A stretch of 64,000 nucleotides of DNA from Lama glama (Eukaryota), in assembly GCA_028534125.1 (NCBI GenBank), contig CM052818.1:44518001-44582000 (forward strand). The letters run 5' to 3'. Shown in pieces: positions 38,401 through 50,400 of the stretch. Below the pieces are notes generated by a model. The model saw nothing but the letters and a program-made list of their open reading frames with translations. It was not told where the DNA came from and searched no databases. Numbering within the stretch: position 1 is the stretch's first letter; the number at the start of each line of letters is the position of its first letter. The translations under genes were made by a program, and so were the position numbers.

Positions 38401-41400
38401 GCTTAGCACACACAAGGTCCTGGTCAGTCCCCAATACCTCCTCTAAAAATAAATAAATCAGTAAACCTAATTAGCTCCTCCCACCAAACAATTTAAAAAA
38501 TAAAAACATTTAAGGAAAAAAAGAGTACGTGCAGCATCCACATGGAGATGTCTACCTAAGTGGTTACATAAAGGGATGTAAGTACAAAACAGTGTCTCCT
38601 CTGGAAATAAAAAGGGAGTCATGGCGTGGCTGTGGGTGAGGTTGCCAGGGGAGAAGCAGGCAGTGGAGGCAGAAGAGGAGGCCCTGAGACAGCCCTTGAG
38701 GACCCACTTCTAGAGGGGCCGAGCCGGGGGAGGAACAGCCCCTGGGGGAGGAAGGCCAGGTGACACACTGTCCTGGAAGCCAAGCAAACAAAGTGCTTCA
38801 AGAAACAGGTGGAGAGGCCGGCAAAGACCTGGAAAAACTCACGGGCATTTATAGAAACGGAAACCAAGGTCATGTATATTTCAACACGCCGCTGAAGGGA
38901 AAAGACTAGTGAGAACTGGTCCACTGCTGTAAGTCTACCTCGGAAAGACTGTCCCCACGGCAACAGGAAGACATGGAACTTCAAGGAAAATGTGAGCATC
39001 AGGTTGACTCTCTTCTTTCTGCAGATGAAATGTTGCAGAGCGCGAGTGACCTGACCACGGCCTCCAAGCTCAGAGGCAGCAGAGCCAGGAGGTGAAACCA
39101 ACTCTCTCTGCTCACTCCCCGGGTCCTTCTGCTCCGCCTCCCCTCATCCTGGGGCGCGTTTTCCTGCTTCAAGTGTGCCTCCTGCACACTCCGGGTGACA
39201 CACGAGCATGAAAACAGACCCCACTACACAAAACTCAAATTTGCTGAGCTACGTAGAAACGCTCCCGTTTTCCAGGCTTACCTCTTTGATTGTGGTGTTT
39301 CTTCCCCGCCATGAAAACCACCATCTTCCTCCCTTCCTGGGCATCTTATCCCTCATGATAGATTCCACCGTGGCCTGTTTCAAATGGATGGTAACATAAA
39401 TAATGGAACCAAAAAAAGATCAACTTAGCACATTCAAACCAAAGGACACGCACATGCAAATTAAAGTAACATTTAAAAAAAAAATCAGAGAGAACACAAC
39501 ATACTATTTGTGGATTAAAAATTTTTGAGAAGCAAAACCTAATGGCGTCCAAAATTACATTAAGGTAACTTAAGCATGAAGACTTAAGAAGATGTTAAAG
39601 GAATAAACAAACAACAAATAAAATACAACACAACAACAACAGAAAAAGAAAGCATTGAAAAATCATTAGTGATTAGCCAGACCAGGAGTTTTCAAATTAA
39701 AGTAGTTTATTGATTTTAAGATATTGTTATTCTCAATATGATGATTACAAAATAAAAAATGAAATGATTAATAAGGGGTCTAGGTAAACAGTTTTAAACA
39801 AAAGGTAAAATGCGCAGCATCTTTTTAGTAAATGTAAACTTCCAAATTTTGGCAAACTGAACATTAATAGATGCATTTGGTTTAAAACCTCAAGAATTAA
39901 AAAGAAAATTCACACTCTTGCCCTAAATAAATGCAAGTTGAATAGGAGACAATTAAATATTAATTAACAATTTTTTCCCAAAGAACAAAATATACATCTT
40001 GAGGCTAACTCCAGTACCAGGGTGAATGTTATCTCATTTCCCTTCCTTGGTTTACAGAACTATCCAGTAGCTGATACCTCAACTGGTAATGAAAAAAAGA
40101 TTTAAGTCTTTCAACCAAACAAGCTGCAGGTAAGTGACAAGATGAAATAATTCACATATTTAGCCTGAAGTGTGCTTCTTTTTATCATTTAAAAATCCCT
40201 GACACGAACGAAAGCCTGAATACACTAAAAAGCAAATCATGAACAGAACAATTCATAAAGATGTCAATGACCCTACTCCTCCTATCTCATCCAGAAAGGT
40301 AACAAGACTCCAATTTTTAAAAAACCTAACAAGATTATTTTCAGACCTAGACGAACTGATTCTAAAGTTCATTATAAAACAAACAAAAATCGCCAAGACG
40401 ACTCACAGATAGAAGAATAATAAATAGGCATAAGCCTTACTAGATACTAAAATATATTTAAAAGCTACAGTGACTAAGAGAATGCAGTGGGGCAGGAGTA
40501 AACATATTGATGGAACAGAAGACAAAGTCCGGAAACAAATCTAAACTCACAGAGGAACGTAGTAGATGATAAAGCTGTAACTGCCTATCAGTGGGGGAAA
40601 GTGTTACGTCATGAAAGGTACTGGGATGACCAGGGAGCCCTGCCAGACCCTATCAGTTGCCTCCCTGGGTGAATCATCCCCTTTTTTTCTTGCCAGCATA
40701 TCCATAACTCTGCTCAAGACTCAGACTGCACTACATTTTGGGAAGGCAGGCCCAATTTCAGAGGAGGACCCTGACTGGTCTGCACCATGCATAACATCCC
40801 ACTCCTGAGCCAAAAACTGGCTTGGAAGTGACTGTGTGACAAAGTTGTGGCCAATGAACTGTGAGCAGTCTGCCTCTATCCCTCCTACCTGGGACGTGGC
40901 TGTCTGAGGCTATGGCGTGTAGAACAGTCTCTCGTGATCATAAAGGGAAAGCCAGGAGAAGCACAGGGATGCTCACACAGACTCATCAAGACCCAAACAG
41001 CCAACCTCTAGGATTCTTATTATGTACGATAATAAACCCCTATTATTTAAGCCATTTGCAGTCACCCTGTTTCCTGCCACCAAAGCATCCTGATTCAATA
41101 ACCAGCGGGGAAAAAAAAATCAGTTCGGTTCCTGATACCTCACTCATTACTCTCAAAATAAAATCTAGATAAATCAAAGGTTTAAGAATGTACTAGAAGG
41201 AAAGACGGGGCGTATTTTCACAAGCTTTAGAAATGGGGACCAGGCCATTCTAAGTGCAATACAAGACCCAGCAGCCACTAAATATAAGACTGACAAATTC
41301 TACATACAGAAATAATTTCTATATTAGATAAACATCATAAACAGAGTTAAAAAATGATTGACAACCTATCAAAAGATTTAAACGCCTACCACAAAGACCA

Positions 41401-44400
41401 ATTTCTTAAAGTACAAGAGTCCAGATAGTTCTTTCTCTGCACGTGCACATCCCTTGACCTATATCCTTTATAATCGTATTTCCATGGCACTGGTCTTTTT
41501 CCTCACTGATGTGTAAGAGCTGAGACGTGGAACATAAACATCTGTCCTGGGCCATGGACACTGTGAAGAGCCAGGCAGGGACAAATCAGAGACACTCTGG
41601 AGAACACGACCTCAGCCGAAAGACCCAACGCTGCAGAACGGTCAGTTCCAGGCGAGGCGCGGGAACCGTCGGCAGGAGGATGCGGGCACGGGGGTGAGGA
41701 CAGCAGGGGTGGAGGGTGGCCTGCAGCAGCGCAGCTGCCGCTGCCGCTCCCCCCGCCTCTTCCCTGCAGGCACCCACCTGCTCTCACGTGCAGCGAGTGG
41801 CCGCCCAGGACCTGCACTCACTCCTCCTCGGCCAATCGGCCCAGGGCTTGCTTCTGGGCTGAGCGATGCCTGACGCTGACAATGGCACCTAGCACCTGGC
41901 ATCCACATGGCGCCTGCCTGCACCCAAGCCTGCCGTCTGCTCCCACCTTTCTCCCCTCACTGGCCTTGGGCTCTGATGGTCGCACCCATCTGCTCTGCCC
42001 GCCTGTGTCCGTGGCACGGCAGATGCTGGGATAGGAATCCTGGAGGAGGCAGGACTTGGTGCAGCACTGCCGCAACTGGGAGGTTTTGCCTTGATAAGGA
42101 GGAAGGGGAAGGACACTTAAGATGCCAGAGAGAGACTGGAGACCCCTGATGTTTATACTCATGAACTTCCAAAGAGCACAATGTCACTAACTTTCAGGTT
42201 TCTAAAATAAAAGTTCAATTCAATCACCCAGATTCATCTAGCCATGATTTTTAGTGTCCCTTTTCCTTCTCGTGTTAAAGCTCACCTTTGGCAAAGGTTT
42301 CTGGAAGGCCTGCATTGCCAGGAGCAGAGGCGCTGCTGTGGTCCAGTTATAGTACCTAACGGGAAACAGTGAAGAGACGTCAGAAGACCAAAGCTCAGAC
42401 TGACGACCTTTCTCATGTCCTGAGAAGTGCTCGTGGGAGGCTCTGGAGCTCCAGCTGGGTCAGTAAAGAGCGCAGTCCTGCAGCCAACCCCTCTGGTGGT
42501 CCCCTACATGCCTGCCCTGGCAGGAGCCCCTCCTCCATCTGAACCCCCAGCGGCCACACTGAGGGGCCAAGCAGACGTCATGGCAGCAGCAGAGACAACG
42601 CGGCAAGTGACCCTGTGGCCAGCTGAGAGCAGCCCATGCCCCGCTGTGCATCGAGCCACCAACGTGCTGGGCATTTCCTGCCACGCTTCATGCCCTCAGT
42701 TAACACATGAACACCTGGGACTTCCTTTTAGAGACAAAAGTTTGCCAACAGTCTGTAAAAACATGTGCACATCCCTTGACCTCAGACGGCGAAGCTTTCA
42801 GGAGTGGAACCTCAGTCTGTTGTGTGACACTGGTGTGGAGTACTAGGCAGTACATGAGCCAAGAGCCACATGCCAAGGCAGTGATGTCACACGTTCCATT
42901 GCAAAATCTAGTGCAGGTGAACTAAAAACCCACAGGGTCTGTGGTTACGTCAACGTGCTAACTCTGTAGCAGCGCAGTATCCAGCCAATGGTGAAGAGAC
43001 AATAACAGATTTTAACAGAGACTTAATCGTATTCATTCCTGAAGGTTAACGTCTAGGTCTCTACAGCTGAAATCCTGAAGCTGAGATGTTATCCCACGAA
43101 GGCCAAAATGACTTTCAGAAAGAACTTACTTATTTCCGATCTTCACCACGAGATTGGGGTCATCGATGAGGGCAGGGTTGTCCACAAACTGTTGATATGA
43201 TACAGCTTGTTCCAGAAATGCGTCTGTGAAAGCAATCGTGGGGAAGAGGGGAAAATGTAAGGAAAATCTGGTTCAAAAAACAGGCCTGTTTTTCACGAGC
43301 TCATATTCATAGCTGTCTTCTGAGAGTTCAAGCATTCCAACTGTGCAGACAATCCCGTAAAATCTAGTTGTAAAGGGGGCTTCAGTTAGTCTTGGGGGTA
43401 GAGTCTGCAGAGTTGAGGGGAGGCAGGGGCAGTCGGAGGATGTGGGGGAAGCCCACCCTTAATTAGGGCACATGTTTACGCGAGGAGCAGGCGTGTGGGA
43501 ACCAGGACACACACGCACCTGCAGAAGTAGATGCATGCGGGGCAGGACTCGAGGTCAGGTCAGGCTACCTGGGTTTAAATCAGTCATTGGTGTGAACTTG
43601 AGCAAGTGATTCATCAGCCCAGGCTCACTCCCCTCAGCTGTAACGTGGGGACAGAGACCACGCCCACCTCCTCGGTGGTCGTGAGGATGGACAAGGCTGT
43701 GAATGAAAGCACAGTGACCTGCCTAGACCAGGTGGGGCAGAGGGGAGGGACACCCAGGTCCAGACGTGCATCAGCTGGAACAGCTGAGTGAACCGACTGA
43801 GGTCTCAGGGCCATGTCACCACGTAACTGGCAAGAGACGCTGAGAAACCGCTTTTATAAACAGGGTGGGCACTATGCATTAATTCATTCCCTAAGCCAGC
43901 ACCCCCCAGATCCAGCTGGGAAGCGTCCCAGGACTTGCTCGGACACCCTCCCCTGCCAGGACCCACAGCATTTCCCCCACACCTGCAGCGCACTGCGTTT
44001 TCCCAGTGCTTAAGTTCCCACCCGCAGACATGCCTGCAGGACCAGCTCAGGGCCAAAAGGCAGCACTGCGCCCAGCAAACACACTTGATGGCGAGTGACC
44101 CCAGTGGCCTTGCTGTCGCCTGGAGCCACCTGTGACCCACAGAACCCTGAGGGCAGCCACCTGCCAGCTAGCAGCTGTGAGTCAGGGGTTGTCACTAATC
44201 ACACCAGAGAAAAGCGCCCTGTGGCCTGAATGGATCACAGGAGGCCGCGCTTCCAGACATTCCGATCAGCGGCCACCAGGGGGCGCTCTAGGCTCGAGGA
44301 CCAGCGCCACCGCCAGAGGTACCTTTGGTGATCTCCCTGTTGTCGCTGAGGCCCCCGCACAGGGAGATGGCGATGGACGGCAGGTCCCGCAGGCCGTCCG

Positions 44401-47400
44401 AGGTGCTCTCCACGCCACTGTCGATGCCCGAGCTACCCACGGACTGCGGGGACTGGTTGGCTGACCGGGCTCCGTTGTCACTGGCGTGTTTTGTGAGCCC
44501 TGAAGGGTCTCCGCTGGGAAGAGCAAAAGCAGAAACTGAGTCCTTGTCTGGGGCCTGACATGGACATAAAGTGACCCCAGCAATTAGAGGAGCAGATGAC
44601 ATCCCCCACCAGACAGACTTTCATCAAAGCTCCAAGACAAAGACAGACAAGTTAAATGTGTTACCTTAGGAGAGAAAACAATCATTTTTAGCCTGTCCGT
44701 CCCCCTGTATCCTCTCTAAACACACATGAAATGGACTGAGGAGGAAGAATCCTGTCCTAAGGGCCTCAGGCCTCTGTCATCACCCTCCAAGGGCCCTCCC
44801 TACAAATCTTGGGGGAACGAAAGACGGGCCACGGGAGACTCTCCCCTAGGGAGGGACAGGGTCTTTGCCACTGACTTGGGTTGTGGGCCACTGACCACTG
44901 TGACGTGACCTCAGTGCCACGGGGAGCTGGCCTCGTGCCTGCATTCCTGCTCGGAAGCCAGCCCCGGGGCTACGTCCACACACGGACGTCTACAGAGTGC
45001 ACTGCTCTTATGGCTGCTCCTCACAGTGAAACGTGAGCCACTTGCTACCTTTTCTTACTCACTTTCCAATCAAACATAAGGAAAAAAATGGACTTGCAGA
45101 TTAACATACAGATTGCAGAAAATGCTACGAAGAAAAGACGTTTTACTTTTTGGGAAAATACAGGGCAGCGACTTCAGGATCCATGTCTGTGAGGTCATCC
45201 AAGTAGACGCCGTCAGCACCAAGGTGTCTGCTTCGTTTGTCTGAAAGAGCAAACGGGTCAAATCAGAACATCGTTCTCCCAGAAAAGACCTACAGACTTC
45301 TGGGTGTCTCTAGAAAGAGCGCGTGAGCACGATGTGCGGATTGGCTCAGAAGCGCCCCACCTGGAGCACAGGAGCACAGCACCACCGCCAGGTCCCAGGC
45401 TCCACAGCTCGCAGCCCTGTGGCCGTGGCCAGTCATCGATTTGCTGAACTTCAGCTTCCCGACCGTGGAGGCCTGAAGGGTACTAAGCATCCAATCTACT
45501 GACACAATTACCATTATTTTTATGATTATTATTATTGGTATCAATTTGGTTTTGATGTTATTATTACTGAATAATATCGCTTTCACTAAGCATTTCCCCA
45601 ACAATACTCTGAAGCACAGCATCCCCAACGGTGCATCGTCAGCCCCTGGGCGCCGTGACTGCACACTTCCTGTTTCCTACTGTCAGAGAATCATGTATCC
45701 ATTTATACAAACCTAGAACCCTGTGCAAAGCCACATGGCTAACAGACAGGCTTAACAACATTGCTCTGGACAAGCAACCAGGTGTGCATTAAACTGCATG
45801 AACGGAGCACCCACTAAGTGCCAAGGACACAGGTGAGCCAGGCCGAGAAGATTCTTGACCTCACAGAGCCCGTGTGTTCCAGTAGGGAAGTTGGCCAAAA
45901 AACAAACGATCATTTAAAATAGTGACACACGGTACGCAGAAATTAAAAGAGGGTCACGCACTACAGGGAAACTGGGGGCAAGGGGAGAGTGGTGCAGGTT
46001 AGCTTAACAATCAGTGTCTTGTGGAGTCCCAGAGGGGGCTGGACCCCGCACCCCTGATCTGTACTGTGAGGGCCTCACGACACGATCCCCAAGGCCTCCC
46101 TGGGGTCGGACTTTCTACAGCAGAGTTCTGATAACTCAGGTAACCAGCAAAAGGGCACAGCCCAAACAGGAGCAAACGGGCTGTTCCTACTTTGAAGTAC
46201 TCTGAATTCTTGAGGGAAGGAGCTGGAGTTTGCAGGGCACCACGTGTGCCTGGTGGAGTTGGCGGGGAAGGGCCAGCTTTCTCACCCTTCTTCCTCGAAG
46301 GCGAGTCCACCTTGCTGGCGGCCGGGGCGGCGCTGGCAGAGAGGGGTTTGGGTTCTTCGATCGTGGGCACAGGTGGGGCAGCTGCTCCCAGGGCCTCAAT
46401 GTCCTCTTCGTTCACGAACTGCATCTCTGTCTGCGGCTTGCTATGCTCTAACGGTGGCTGCGTGGGAGGTCCCCCGGCCAGTGTCGGCGACTGGTCACTA
46501 AAGGCATCTGAAGACTCACTGTGAATGGCTTGAAAGTGCATCTTATCACAGATTTTTCTGCTGTTCAGTGGGCTGCACTCTTTCATCTTGTGTGGAGATG
46601 ACTAGACCAAAGGGGCAGGGAAGGAGAGGGAGGGAGAAGGTCAGAGAAAAACTGAGTCAACCAAAGGACAACTGGGCAGTTGAAGATCTGCAGACCCGGC
46701 CCCACACTTTGCAGGAGACAAAGGAGCCTCAGGAGTCACCTGGTGATTCCCCTACCTGTCGGAAGGTCTGGAAACCGAGAATAGCAGTTCCAAAGCAAAT
46801 GAACTCTCATATAAAACATCGACTGCCAACCAGAAGTGAGTGAGAGTAGTGATGGAACGCAAACGTCCATCAGGAGAACGGGAGATGTATTCACACAACA
46901 GGGTGTTGGTGGTACTGAGAATAATAAGTGAATTACAACTACACACAACAACATGATGAATCTTGCAAAACGAATCTCTGCCGTCAGAGGCTAGATCAGG
47001 TTTATCCTTGGGGGTGGTCAGCTGGAACAGAAACTGCGAAGGGTCAGGGGGCTTCCAGGTTCTGATTAAGGCCCATTTCTTGGCCTGCGTGCAAGTCACC
47101 CAGTCACAGTGTGAAAATGTATTGATCTCTGCACTTGGGATCTGGGCACTTCTCTACATGTGTGTTCTATTTCAGTAAAGTTTACCCCTACAACGTGAGC
47201 AAGTACAGATTTGGTGGCTGGTTCACGGAGTGGGACTTCAGCATTTCTGACTTCTACCTCTCCAAGGAGTTTCCAGTGGTGGAAAAGATTTATCCAAACA
47301 AAAACCAAACGCAACTTGTGGGTTAGAAAGCAGGGAGAGGAGATGCATTTCTGTATCTGATTTCACAGCTTCGAGCACAAATGAAAACAACGCCACACTG

Positions 47401-50400
47401 GATCTGTGGTCAGAACTGTTCTGCTGGAAGAAGTGATGAGTTTGCACTTTCATGCCGTCTCTCCAGCAACAAATGACATGAGTGTGTAGAGATGGTTGGC
47501 TAGGTCAGCACTGTGGCTCGTGGGCAGAGAAATCAGCATTTTCCATGAAAGCTAAATATAACCTAGAAAGGGAATGAATCCACAGCTTTAACCTCAACAG
47601 ATCTACTCTCCAAAGAGCTGCCCTCTCCTATAATATTAAAAAAAAAAGTTTGATATATAATAATATAATCCAATATTCTTGTACTATGTTGAAATATGAA
47701 ATAAAATTTCTTTAAAGAAAAGACTGTGTTCATTTCATGTTTTTAGAAACTACCTTCAGGGCAAGGCAGAATTGAGAAGGGGAAAAAACTTACCTTTGCG
47801 GCTTGTGGCAGTTCTCCCCAAAGCCAGAGCATCTCTAAGTTACTCTTCTGCGCTGTCCTGTCCACAGACTTACTGACCAATTCTGAGTCACTTTTAGGTG
47901 TTGAAGGCCGGGAAACTGAAGGACTTAAGAAAACACAAATGCATGATTAGAGTGGGAAGAGAAACTTTTTAAAATGTTTTTGACCCAGAAATCTATAGTG
48001 CAAATAGCCCAGAAAATGCACCCACCAGCCACTGCCTTACGGGTGTGCTTCATGACTATCCCCTCTGTGGCCACCAGGGGTCGACAGAACACACACCCGG
48101 GTGGAAGGTGCTTCCAATTTGGGTAACCCTGTCCCAACCAGCTGCTAAATTACAAGTAAAGCTGAGAAGTAGTAGCATATAGAAGGGGAAACAAAGGAAG
48201 GAAGATGAAAAGGGAGAGGGGGAAAAAAAGAGTTTGTTGCTACCTCAAAACCACCCACCTCTCCCTGCCTCACCCTGACCTCAACTCTCCAGCAATCCCA
48301 ATTTCCAAATCAAGTCTCTCAACTCTCAGACAGCTGCAAGAGTCTTGGCCATCTCGGACATCAACCAATTACATCTTATATTGAAAATATTTCCAAATCT
48401 GCACGAGCTTTGAAAACAGGGAAATTATATCACTTGCCACAAACTCGCTAACGTGCGGGAACCTCCAAGCTGAGATTTTGTCAAATACTGTGTCTTCCAG
48501 GAATACTTCAAAGATTTCTACTTGCTCAGGCTCTTCCTGCAACAACATTCAAGACACCTAATTCTCAGACCAGCTTTTTAAGTGGTTGTTACTTGCTCTG
48601 AATCTCTACGTTTTCTATATTTTTACTCTTGAGATCTCAACAAACTCTTAACTTCTGTCCAACCACAGTTAAGCGTCAACTTATCTACTGAATTCTCACA
48701 GGATGCTAAACATCATACAGGTGAGAAAAAAGACCCATTTCATCATCTCTCGGCTTCAGTCTCCCGCACCATTTCTCCTAGAGCAAGGTGACAGTTTTAA
48801 ATAAAGCGGGAAAGCAAGCCCCGCGATTTTCCTGCACTTTTCTCACAGACCCTGTGTAGTCTCTCAAGTTGTCCCTCATCCCTGTGCTTGGTCTTGTTTA
48901 CCTGCTGGAGTTAGATGTCAGCCCCAAAGGAGCACAACTCTGTCAGGACGTGGAGAACTTGTGGGTGACACATAGCTTGTCTCAAACCGGTACCCTTCAT
49001 GGCTAAACTGACCCTGGTTCTCCTCGGTCCAGCCACTCAGACAAACAGAACCAACGCCTGTCTCCTTCATCTCACGTGAGGCGGGTGGAGCCTGGCTCCT
49101 CCCTTGGTGCCCATGGCAACCATCCATCTAAATCGTTCGTTGCAGCCCTTGGGCTCTACTTGGCCAGTGTGTGGACAGGAGGATCTGGAGACAGTGTATT
49201 GTGGGGGTGCACACACGCATGCACACACACACACACACACACACACCAGGGGCACACAGTCCCATGAAAGGCATACCGAGCACCTCAAGTATCTGAGCAG
49301 TAAAATGCCCGTCATCTTCCCACCTCTCTTGCTTCCTCTAGTCTTATAATTATGCTTTTCTCCAAAGGGTCAATGCTTTTCTGGCACCAAAGTGCCCACA
49401 ATTACATGTTTAATGTCAGTGAAATGTGCACAGGGAGTGAGGGCCTTTATACTGACAGCTGTGACTTGTGTCACTGTCTCCAGCGGCATCACGGAGGAGG
49501 TCCATCATAATGGGCTCCCTACTCTCAACCGTGTTGCGCCCAAACAAACTGTCTGTTTTAAAGCAACATAATTTTAAATTTACATTTTGTTATAAATTCT
49601 TTGGAAAAATACACTGTCTTAGACACTGCACTAAATTAAGTAAAGCCCTTTAGACTGAGCCTGCTCTGCAGCCAGGAGTCAGCAAACTTTTTCCCTTAAA
49701 GGCCAGACAGCAAGCACTCCCGGCTTTGGGGAGGTTCTGCGATCTTTGCGACAACTACTCAACTTTGCCATCAGAGCACAAAAGCGACCGTGGACGTTAT
49801 GGGAACAGGTCGGCTGCAACCAGAAAACTTCACAGAGACAGAGGGTGGGTCAGATTGGGCCACAGGCTGTGGTTTGCCAACCCCTACTCTAGAAGAACGC
49901 ATACTCTGGACACAGTTCTCTGTCACACCACCCAACTCCAGAAGCCCTAAGATTCTGATCCTTTGATAAAAGCTACAAGCCATGTTTCCACAGAGGCATT
50001 CAGGCGGGCAAATTCATATTCACAAAGAGCTTGAGTGGTAAAGCGCATGCTTAGCATGCACGAGGCCCTGGGTTCGATCCCCAGTCCCACCTCTCATACC
50101 CACTACGTCACTACAATAATTGCTGGCCGCTCAAGACGGACCAGCCTCGCTCAGGATTCTGCACCCAAGTACACGTGGATAGTCTGTGCCTGCTTGTTGA
50201 GGGAGTTCAGACAGACGGAAGGTGAACTAGGGAAAAGACCCCCAATGTTGAGTGTGACTGATGAGAAGGATGATTCCAAAATTCCCCGTTACCAAATTTT
50301 AGACTTTTAAGATCAAAGGTTGTTCAAAAAAGTAAGCTTCAAGGTCAATGACTGATATTCACAAATAATGCATGTATTAGCCAAGTAATAGTTTTCAGCA

